From: Bdellovibrionales bacterium RIFOXYD12_FULL_39_22
Lineage (GTDB): Bacteria > Bdellovibrionota > Bacteriovoracia > Bacteriovoracales > Bacteriovoracaceae
Direction: 5' to 3'
Length of the DNA stretch: 20,000 nt
Assembly: GCA_001770205.1 (NCBI GenBank)
Contig: MEQL01000002.1
Coordinates: 56,915 to 76,914, forward strand
Position numbers and translations under genes: made by a program. A model generated the notes under the pieces. That model saw only the letters and a list, made by a program, of their open reading frames with translations. It ran no database searches and was not told the origin of the DNA. Below, one piece after another: positions 1-7,717 of the stretch; position 1 is the stretch's first letter, and each line of letters starts with the position of its first letter.

Positions 1-337
1 CATTCCAATTCCAATTCCAACTCCAACAATAGTTGACAAACATAAACCGCCACTTTTAACTTTGGCCAAGAAAGCAGAAGTTGTTCAAGAAAAGGCAAAA
101 GAACAAAAAGAAGAAAAGAGTAAAGAAAAAATAACTGTTCCAACTCGCGTGGTATTCAAGGTTCCTCTAGAAGTAAAAGTATACTTTGATGGAGTGCAGG
201 TAATGAATCCAGAACATGGCGTGGAGAATGTTTCACCTGGTAAGCATGAGATTACTCTTATCAAGCCGGGACTTGTGCCGATCATAAGTAACATAGATAT
301 TATCGAAGGCCAGACTACAACTATAAATGCTATGTAG
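1..337 (+). CDS. 3' end of a protein with a Pro-rich linker and a C-terminal PEGA-like domain (partial, starts before the window)
   Basis: Frame 2 is open from base 2 (IPIPIPTPTIVDKHKPPLLTLAKK...). The C-terminus 'VKVYFDG...VSPGKHEITLIKPG...IDIIEGQTTTI' fits the PEGA pattern. Confidence 0.7.
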   Translation, partial: IPIPIPTPTIVDKHKPPLLTLAKKAEVVQEKAKEQKEEKSKEKITVPTRVVFKVPLEVKVYFDGVQVMNPEHGVENVSPGKHEITLIKPGLVPIISNIDIIEGQTTTINAM

Positions 338-361
338 TGCAACATAAATAAGGTGAATCAA

Positions 362-2119
362 ATGAGAAAGATCGTTATTATTTCCGAAAACAAAATTGTA
401 AAATCATTTTGTCTGAAAAAGACTTTGACGACAGTAGGGCAAAACAGTGATTTTGATGTGGTGATCACTTCACTTCCATTTTCTGGAATGGCCATAACTT
501 TGGAAAATGAAAAAGTTAGAATATCTGCCATTGGTGCAGACAAAAAACGAATGCAAGGATCTTGGGATAAAAATATTGTTGGGAGCGAGATACTATCGTA
601 TGGAGAGTTTGAATTTATCTGTATGCCGGAATCCAAAGAGGATCTGACGGAAAAATCGACACAGTTGAGGGGATGGAATTTGGAGACACTTCCGAAAGAC
701 CCTGTTTCTCCCCAATTTCCTCAACAGTTGTTAGAGTTTTTGTTAGATGGCCTAGGCAAAAATGAAGGAGCACTTTTTTATCGTAAGGAAAATTTTATTC
801 ATACGCTTGCATCTAAAAATATCAAAATTGGCCATCAGTCGGAATCACTAATGCTTCGTTATTTGCATATGACAGAGAATAATGTGGTCAGAGTAAATTT
901 TTCTACGCACTCCATGCTTTTTAACGCCGGCCTTGTTCCTTGCGATTTTCTATTGGTAAAAACGGCACTAACAAAAGAGTTGGAGGTTATAATTTATCTT
1001 CCTGAGCCAGATGCTACTGTTCCACTTCCTGAACGATTTATTGAGGTTCTAATTTATCTTTGTGCTCAAAATCTTTCACTGCACCTCATTCATAAGTTTA
1101 ATCGGAAATTAGAAAAATTGATTCCAGAATTTGATGACAATGATGATTTTTTTTGGGGTGACGGCGATAAAATGTTACGCATAAAAGCAATTGTTGATCA
1201 ACTTGCTCCTACGAATATTTCATTACTGCTACAAGGGGAGACCGGAAGTGGTAAGGATCGCCTGGCCAATTACATTCAACGTCACAGTCCGCAAAGTCAA
1301 AAGATCGTGGCGATTAACTGCGCAGCAATTCCCAAAGAACTTGCCGAGAGCGTGCTATTCGGGCATGTCAAGGGAGCATTTACCGGAGCGCATAAAGATC
1401 AGCTTGGGAAAGTGGCAGAGGCAAATGGAGGTACTCTGTTTTTAGACGAAGTGGGGGAGTTGAGTTTGGAAATTCAAGGAAAGCTCTTGCGTTTTTTACA
1501 AGATGGAATATGCACACCGGTAGGAGGCAAAGGGATGCGAGTGAAGGCCAGAATTATTTCTGCCACCAATCGGGATTTAAAGCGCATGGTGCGTGAAGGA
1601 CAATTTAGAGAGGATTTATACTTTCGTCTAAGTGAAGCTTCTCTTGTTGTCCCCCCACTGCGTGAGCGCGTGCTGGATATCCCGGTTCTTGCAAAAATGT
1701 TTTTAAAACAGGCCTGTCAAGATAACAGTCTGCTCAATAAATCGCTTACGGCCGCCGCTGTTGAGAAGTTGCAATCCTATCCCTGGCCTGGAAATATTCG
1801 AGAATTATTATCTGTGCTCCGGCGCTCGGCCGTTATGTGTCGCGGAGAGATTGTGGATTCTGGAGATTTGTTAATTGATAGTCTGTGCACTGAAACAGAA
1901 AATCAAATCGATGAATTTCCCTTAAATCTTGCCCAAGCAAAAGAGTTGCTGATAAAAAAATTAGTCATCAAGGCGTTAGCAATTTCTAGTGATAACAAAA
2001 CGGAAGCGGCCAAAAAATTAGGGGTAAATGTGCGCACACTATTTCGCTTAATTGCTGACAGCGACAAGGATGGCGCGTTGTGTGACAAAGATGTCATTGA
2101 ACAAAATTTAAACTGTTGA
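362..2119 (+). CDS. Sigma-54-dependent transcriptional activator (bEBP) with FHA-like and possible GAF-like N-terminus, AAA+ domain and Fis-type HTH
   Basis: Walker A GETGSGKD, intact GAFTGA, Walker B LFLDE, FREDLYFRL, WPGNIREL and C-terminal HTH 'NKTEAAKKLGVNVRTLFR'. ATG 362 follows AAGGTG; the ORF track starts at GTG 353. Confidence 0.93.
   Translation: MRKIVIISENKIVKSFCLKKTLTTVGQNSDFDVVITSLPFSGMAITLENEKVRISAIGADKKRMQGSWDKNIVGSEILSYGEFEFICMPESKEDLTEKSTQLRGWNLETLPKDPVSPQFPQQLLEFLLDGLGKNEGALFYRKENFIHTLASKNIKIGHQSESLMLRYLHMTENNVVRVNFSTHSMLFNAGLVPCDFLLVKTALTKELEVIIYLPEPDATVPLPERFIEVLIYLCAQNLSLHLIHKFNRKLEKLIPEFDDNDDFFWGDGDKMLRIKAIVDQLAPTNISLLLQGETGSGKDRLANYIQRHSPQSQKIVAINCAAIPKELAESVLFGHVKGAFTGAHKDQLGKVAEANGGTLFLDEVGELSLEIQGKLLRFLQDGICTPVGGKGMRVKARIISATNRDLKRMVREGQFREDLYFRLSEASLVVPPLRERVLDIPVLAKMFLKQACQDNSLLNKSLTAAAVEKLQSYPWPGNIRELLSVLRRSAVMCRGEIVDSGDLLIDSLCTETENQIDEFPLNLAQAKELLIKKLVIKALAISSDNKTEAAKKLGVNVRTLFRLIADSDKDGALCDKDVIEQNLNC
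2061..2097. promoter_or_regulatory. Tandem palindromic putative bEBP enhancer (UAS) sites
   Basis: GCGACAAGGATGGCGC (2061-2076) and GTGACAAAGATGTCAT (2082-2097, core TGACA-N4-TGTCA) start 21 bp apart, upstream of a -24/-12 promoter. Confidence 0.6.
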
Positions 2120-2137
2120 AATTCTTGCCCGTGGCCT

Positions 2138-2153
2138 TGGTACAAATGCTGCT
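2138..2153 (+). promoter_or_regulatory. Sigma-54 (-24/-12) promoter
   Basis: TGGTACAAATGCTGCT has GG(2139-40)-N10-GC(2151-52), close to the TGGCAC-N5-TTGC consensus. RBS AGGAGG at 2189-2194 and ATG at 2204 follow. Confidence 0.75.
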
Positions 2154-2203
2154 TATTCAAAGACAGGCAAGCGCACATGAATTGAAACAGGAGGATTATT
2201 AAA

Positions 2204-2920
2204 ATGGGAAAATTTATTTTTTTAAAGGTTTGGTTGTTATTGGCCCTAGTTTTACTGCAGAAAGTTTTTGCCGACGGGCCGGTTTATAATTTTCACTTCT
2301 ATACTCAGCAAGTGCCCGAGGGATTGGCACAAATTACTACAAATACTCTACCAACTGCCACTTTCTCCACAGGAAGTAGTGGCCCCATCGCAACAAAATT
2401 GGAAGAAAAAAAAGAGAGTGTCAAAGATGAGTTCGCCCATAAAAGCGCAATTAATATTGGAATTGGAGTGATGGCCGGAACCTATTCCGGAGCAGCTATG
2501 AAATACCACATTGGGTTGACACCAACTGTATATTTAGGGCATGAAACCTTTACCGCAGTTGGCCGCTCATTTGTTCTATCATCTATGCTGGCCAGTAATG
2601 ATCCGACTGGGCCAATGTATATTGGCCTGTTTTTTGAGCGACGTTATTATTTTGGAGATGATAATGATAATTCCAACTGGCGCTATTTTGCTGGTTGGGA
2701 TTTGGGGTTGGCCAATTTAACCTTGAAAGAATATGGCGCAGGAATGGTCTTACATAGTTTGGCCCTCGATGCTGGGATTGATTTGGGGGCGATATATAAG
2801 ATTACCGACAGTTTTGGAATTTGTGCGCGACTAGGAGCATCCTTTAATTATGGCCTTTCGGCGTACCAGGCCACCGGCATAACCGCCTCCTCAGTAGTTG
2901 GATTTGCCTATAACTTCTAA
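2204..2920 (+). CDS. Exported outer-membrane beta-barrel protein (small, about 8-stranded type)
   Basis: Signal peptide ending VFA|DG, amphipathic Gly/aromatic strands, C-terminal 'VGFAYNF' BAM-type beta signal, strong RBS. Confidence 0.75.
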   Translation: MGKFIFLKVWLLLALVLLQKVFADGPVYNFHFYTQQVPEGLAQITTNTLPTATFSTGSSGPIATKLEEKKESVKDEFAHKSAINIGIGVMAGTYSGAAMKYHIGLTPTVYLGHETFTAVGRSFVLSSMLASNDPTGPMYIGLFFERRYYFGDDNDNSNWRYFAGWDLGLANLTLKEYGAGMVLHSLALDAGIDLGAIYKITDSFGICARLGASFNYGLSAYQATGITASSVVGFAYNF

Positions 2921-2956
2921 TTGACTATTCTGAAGTACCTATGCAAAATAGTTAAT

Positions 2957-4141
2957 ATGAAAATAGTTCGCAATAAAATCAATGATATAATTGAAGATTT
3001 AGACAAACCAAACATAACAATTTTACTGGGGGCCAGGCAAGTTGGAAAATCGACCTTGATGGAAGATTTGATGGCCCATGTAAAAGGAATTGGTGGGAAG
3101 TTGGTTAGTTTTAATTTGGAATATCCAGATGATCTGCTTTGGTTTTCGAGAAGTGATAAAGAGATTTTTGATGAGTTAAGTGGGCAGAAAGATTTATTAA
3201 TCTTTATTGATGAATTTCACTATTTAAAGAATGCTTCGAAATTATTTAAGGGTCTATACGATATAAAAAGAAATATTAAGATAGTTGCTAGCGGCTCTTC
3301 ATCGTTAGAAATACATAAGCACTTGCAGGAGAGTTTGGCCGGACGGCGAAGAATTTTTAAAATCTTCCCTCTCTGTTATGATGAATGGCGGCAGACAGGT
3401 AAGGGCTTGGAAGAATTTCTTACATATGGAGGTCTGCCTGGCCTGTTAAAGCATAATACACGCGCAGAAAAAATAGAATATCTCTCGCAGATGGTACAGA
3501 CGTACCTAATGAAGGATATTAAAGGCCTTATAAAAGAGGAAAATATTCGCGCCTTTAATCACTTGCTATTTTATTTGGCAGAACATCAGGGAAATATTAT
3601 GCCAGCAGCAAATTTAGCAAGTGAAATTGGAGTTAGTGCGCATACAATAGAGAGTTATTTGGAAATCTTAGAACAGACTTTTATAATTTATGGAATTCAT
3701 AGCTTTGCTCAGAAATTATCTAACGAATTGAAGAAGTCTCGAAAATATTACTTTTATGACGCCGGAATTAGAAACTCATTGCTTAAGAATTTTGCCAAAA
3801 CTGTTGAACGGGATGATCTAGGTGGCATTTTTGAATGTGCCGTATTACAAGAGCTTAAAATTTTACAAGCGTCCAATGTGGAAATAAGATTTTGGAGAAC
3901 GAAGCAAGGGGACGAGGTAGACTTTGTGTGGATTGAAGATCGAAAACCAATTCCGATTGAGGTTAAGAGCAATATTGAAAACGATAGAACGCCTCCTGGA
4001 ATAATAAAATTTTTGAAGCACTATCCGAAGTCAAAAGTGGGATATGTGATAAATCGCACTATAAAAGAGGATAGAGAATTAAACGGATCAATAATTAAAT
4101 ATCGAACTATCGCTGATTTGCGTAGCGAATTTATTTCTTGA
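2957..4141 (+). CDS. AAA_14 ATPase with DUF4143 and a C-terminal PD-(D/E)xK-like domain
   Basis: GARQVGKST, IFIDEFH, SGSSS, ESLAGR, YGGLP, KYYFYDAGIRN, FWRTKQGDEVDFV...IPIEVK. ATG 2957 (MKIVRNKI) is a likelier start than TTG 2921. Confidence 0.9.
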   Translation: MKIVRNKINDIIEDLDKPNITILLGARQVGKSTLMEDLMAHVKGIGGKLVSFNLEYPDDLLWFSRSDKEIFDELSGQKDLLIFIDEFHYLKNASKLFKGLYDIKRNIKIVASGSSSLEIHKHLQESLAGRRRIFKIFPLCYDEWRQTGKGLEEFLTYGGLPGLLKHNTRAEKIEYLSQMVQTYLMKDIKGLIKEENIRAFNHLLFYLAEHQGNIMPAANLASEIGVSAHTIESYLEILEQTFIIYGIHSFAQKLSNELKKSRKYYFYDAGIRNSLLKNFAKTVERDDLGGIFECAVLQELKILQASNVEIRFWRTKQGDEVDFVWIEDRKPIPIEVKSNIENDRTPPGIIKFLKHYPKSKVGYVINRTIKEDRELNGSIIKYRTIADLRSEFIS

Positions 4142-4329
4142 GCGCAATACGTCGACGGTAGTAGGCATTGTACTAATTGATGAATATGCCTCTAGGCAAG
4201 TGTTATTGAAGTGGAATCAAGAATTAAAATACCATTACCCCTAAGCAAGGCCAACAACTCTTTACCATTTGGTACTGCAATTTGAGCAACGCCTGCAATT
4301 GATTCGCTGGCAAGCTCCAGTAATAATAA

Positions 4330-4519
4330 AGTCAGCATGCCCTTGAATTTGATCACGTTATCGCGTGGGGCATGGGGGGGGGGGCAAACTAATACTGACT
4401 CGATGAAAATTTTGTGCAAAAGTTGCAACCAAATACATGCGATAATAGATTACGGAATTAACAAAATGGAAAAGTACTTTGCCAGGCAAGGTAGTGCAGG
4501 CCAGATACCCTTGAACTAA
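4330..4519 (+). pseudogene. HNH endonuclease C-terminal remnant, frameshifted in a G11 run
   Basis: SQHALEFDHVIAWGM(G) then, in the next frame, GQTNTDSMKILCKSCNQIHAIIDYG together form an HNH motif. It is preceded in frame by TAA TAA TAA. Confidence 0.7.
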
Positions 4520-4823
4520 CCTCACCTGCACTTATTAAATTTTGAAGGCCATGACAATTACCAAGGCAAAACAATCAGAGATAAGAAATAATAGCTGTTT
4601 TTATGAAAACAGCGCGAAAAATATTTTGAACAAACTAACTTGGAAAAATTAATTGATGCCGATTAGGTAATTGTCTCCGCGATCAGTATACAGGGCAATA
4701 TTGTATTTTTTACATTCTATTGTTTAACAATTATACAACACTGAAAAATGAAGTAGGAATGCATATTGGCATCTGTCTAATGAAATTAGAAGGATACCAG
4801 TATTAAATATATAGTGCTCAGGG

Positions 4824-4839
4824 TGGCCAAGTTTATGCA
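4824..4839 (+). promoter_or_regulatory. Possible sigma-54 promoter
   Basis: TGGCCAAGTTTATGCA has GG-N10-GC spacing, about 90 nt upstream of ATG 4928. The -24 box match is weaker. Confidence 0.35.
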
Positions 4840-4927
4840 TTAGTACAATTAACACAGTCAGCATGGTAGTCAAAACCGTTTAAAACAAAGAGAGAAATAA
4901 GTGAAGAATAGAACAAAGGAACAACTT

Positions 4928-6319
4928 ATGAGGGACTACATAAAAAAAATGGCATTTAGGGTTATAGTAATTAGTTGTCTTTTTCTTATTTGGCCAACGT
5001 TAATTTTGGCCGAAACTGTCTCTGCCCTTTCGACAGAGAATCCAATAAAGATCTCGGGTGTTATTGATGGGGTATCACTTGATAGTCCACTAAACTTGGT
5101 ATGGCCAATGGACAACATGGCAGAAAATCGAGCTGAACTCATCGAGTACTTTCGTCGCTTAAAACAATTAAATATCAAGGCCATTCGCAAGCTGGTCCCG
5201 GGTAAGTTGATAGATAGTCCCACCTGTGGTGAGCAGCTTATCGAGTTTGTAGAGATCGCTGCTCAACATAGAATAAAACTTTTCTTTTATATTGGTTTTA
5301 AAATGCCTTCAGATTTAGGAATCATGGAAAAAGAAAACAATATGCAGGCCTATCAAGCATTAATTCAGGCCGGAGAGAACAATATTGATAAAACGATTGG
5401 GTATATCTCTCGCAATGGATCGAAGTTTGATTCGACCATTATAGGGTATTCAATTGGGAATGGTGAAAATCTGCGGAATATCGCCAATATGGATTTTGTT
5501 AGAGAGATGATTATTTATTCACAACAGATTGATCCATCACATCGTTACACGACAGAGCTTAAAGCAAATCGAAATGGTATGTTCAACGGACAACTCCTGG
5601 GATTGGGGACTGCAAGTGGAAAACCTTATGATGAGGCCTTAGAACAACGAAGCGTTTATGATGTTCTTGATTTTATCGCTTTTGCCAATTATACGGGACT
5701 TTCCAATACCGCAGAGATTTCATTTAAAGATACGCTCTCTTTAATTGCGAAACAAAATCCTCGTAATCTCGATGTCGTTGTTGAAGAGTATGGAACTAAA
5801 TTAGAAAATGAGGTTAGTCGTGCAAAATATCTCCGCAGTATTAGAGAAACAATTGCCACTTCGACGGAAGTTAACATCATTGCGGCTTTCTTGTGGGACG
5901 CACATGTAAATTGGCATACTCTTTTTCGTCCTCTCAATCCAAATATCAATTATGGACTTTTCGAATATGATACAAGCGTTCCTTATAAGATTGGTGCTAC
6001 AAGGCCTTCGATATTGGCAACCTTCAACTCTTCGCCGGAATTGGGCCAACGCATAAGTGGGGTCAGTACACCGAAGAGATTGGCCTCTACGCTTTATGCA
6101 ATTTCGACAAGTGATGTAAATAATAATCAAACGCATTGCGGATGGGATTTTGATGGTGACCATAAGGTTGACCAATGGTCCAAAGTTAATGCACAGAAAG
6201 CTTGTTGGGTACTACATAAGTTTACTTCTAAAGGAGAGCAGACTGTTCGCGTATTAGTGATTGATTCCTTAAAAAGTTTCAGTCGCTGGGTTTCTAAAAC
6301 AGTTAATGTTGTGCTGTAA
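4928..6319 (+). CDS. Secreted clan GH-A-like (GH5/GH2-type) TIM-barrel protein with a C-terminal PKD-like domain
   Basis: Signal peptide (ILA|ET), 'LKQLNIKAIR', 'IIGYSIGNGE', 'LDFIAFANY', nucleophile-like 'VVVEEYG', 'AAFLW', 'NYGLF'. PKD-like 'WDFDGDHKVD...HKFTSKGEQTVRVLVID'. AAGGA precedes ATG 4928. Confidence 0.65.
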   Translation: MRDYIKKMAFRVIVISCLFLIWPTLILAETVSALSTENPIKISGVIDGVSLDSPLNLVWPMDNMAENRAELIEYFRRLKQLNIKAIRKLVPGKLIDSPTCGEQLIEFVEIAAQHRIKLFFYIGFKMPSDLGIMEKENNMQAYQALIQAGENNIDKTIGYISRNGSKFDSTIIGYSIGNGENLRNIANMDFVREMIIYSQQIDPSHRYTTELKANRNGMFNGQLLGLGTASGKPYDEALEQRSVYDVLDFIAFANYTGLSNTAEISFKDTLSLIAKQNPRNLDVVVEEYGTKLENEVSRAKYLRSIRETIATSTEVNIIAAFLWDAHVNWHTLFRPLNPNINYGLFEYDTSVPYKIGATRPSILATFNSSPELGQRISGVSTPKRLASTLYAISTSDVNNNQTHCGWDFDGDHKVDQWSKVNAQKACWVLHKFTSKGEQTVRVLVIDSLKSFSRWVSKTVNVVL

Positions 6320-7688
6320 TTTTCCTGTGTCCTCGTTGTAAGAAAGAAGCGCATAAAATCCCAGAAAAAAAGGTGAGAAGGAACATTAAAGAATTTTGAG
6401 CGTGAGCGGGTGTCGAAGTATGAGCGTGATTATTGTCGGAGAACGGGGAGAACGCGGGAATGTTGGGAGTATTTAGATTGCGATAATTCCTGTCATTGTC
6501 AGAATTGTTAATGTTGCGAGAATCGCTAGAGTTACTAGAATTACTAGAAAGAGGATTGTGCGGAGAGTTTGAAGAGTTAGGGGTGTTGTTAATGGCGATA
6601 GAACCGCATGAGCTGACGAAGTCTGATTCGTAGGTTTGGGCCACTGCGCCGTATTCGATGATGCTGGCACTTGGAAGAATTGTGCTGCCGATAATATTTA
6701 TAAGGCCACCGTTTTTTCCACCGGGAGCTTCAAGGCGAATACGTCCTCGACCCCCGTCCCCTCCGCCACCGCCGGCCTCACCTCCGCCAGCACCTCCAAG
6801 TCCGCCATTTACATTAATTGAGCCTTGAATTTCGATAGAAGTTGCGGATGCTAGATAAATGGTTCCGCCGGCACCGCCACCACCGCCACCGGAGTCACCG
6901 GCCGAAGATTCATCATCTAAACCATTGCCGCCATTACCACCAAACGCATTAATTTCGCCAGATTCACTAATTATTATTTTCCCAGAAGCAGCGATAAAAA
7001 TTGCGCCACCACCTGCGCCACCTCCCCCCGCACTTTTCGTTCCAGTCATTTGATCGTTAACAAATCCGTGTGATCCACTTCCTCCTCCTCCTCCTCCTCT
7101 AATTTGATTTGCAGTAATGGTATAATTGATTGCTTCGCCACCGTTACCATTTTGTCCGGCAATTCCATCATCCGCAAATGTCAATGGAATGGCCTCGATA
7201 TTGTTTTTTCCATTTGTTTTATTTGCGCCACCCCCGCCACCACCTCCTCCGGCACCTTCTCCTCCAATTCCACCATTTTGGGCACTTATTCCAGCAAATC
7301 CCCCTGTTCTTGCAAATACGCTTTCACCTTGTGTTGCGTAAATATTTGTTAGCGGGCCAGAAATACCAAAATACGATCCTCCCTGGTTTCCTCCGACATT
7401 TGAATTACCACCCGAAATATTGGCATCGAAACTGCTCGCAGAAGAGCCAATTTCACCAATCACACTTATAATTGCATTAATTTCAACATAATCGGTGGAG
7501 TATATTATCAATGGGGAGCTTCCAGTAACAGAGGCATCAGAGCTAATCAAAACGTTGCGACAATTGTATACTTTTGCAGGAATTACCCCCGAAAAAAGAC
7601 AGGTACCATCAGAACCATTTCCATATTCAATTGCTAATAAGGGACAAAAAAGGAAGAAAAAGGGGAAAAAAAGTAATATTTTTGTCAT
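6303..7688 (-). CDS. Exported glycine-rich (polyglycine) surface protein with a C-terminal membrane anchor
   Basis: Signal peptide, repeated GGGG(G)AGG-x-I-x-I units, 'SCGSIA', a Ser/Asn low-complexity linker, then a hydrophobic tail and basic residues. Its 3' end overlaps the convergent gene by 17 bp. Confidence 0.75.
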   Translation of the reverse strand: MTKILLFFPFFFLFCPLLAIEYGNGSDGTCLFSGVIPAKVYNCRNVLISSDASVTGSSPLIIYSTDYVEINAIISVIGEIGSSASSFDANISGGNSNVGGNQGGSYFGISGPLTNIYATQGESVFARTGGFAGISAQNGGIGGEGAGGGGGGGGANKTNGKNNIEAIPLTFADDGIAGQNGNGGEAINYTITANQIRGGGGGGSGSHGFVNDQMTGTKSAGGGGAGGGAIFIAASGKIIISESGEINAFGGNGGNGLDDESSAGDSGGGGGGAGGTIYLASATSIEIQGSINVNGGLGGAGGGEAGGGGGDGGRGRIRLEAPGGKNGGLINIIGSTILPSASIIEYGAVAQTYESDFVSSCGSIAINNTPNSSNSPHNPLSSNSSNSSDSRNINNSDNDRNYRNLNTPNIPAFSPFSDNNHAHTSTPAHAQNSLMFLLTFFSGILCASFLQRGHRKITAQH

Positions 7689-7717
7689 GATAAACGTTGT
7701 GGAAAATATTTTAGCTT

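Noticed and set aside
2..28. (CCAATT)n-like short tandem repeat
   Set aside because: It encodes an Ile-Pro/Thr-Pro linker and is not a CRISPR array or iteron.
4192..4428. Minus-strand 78-aa ORF
   Set aside because: Its 5' half is antisense to the HNH remnant, and no family or RBS is recognisable.
6859..7471. Pro-rich and His-rich plus-strand ORFs
   Set aside because: They are antisense shadows of the polyglycine codons.
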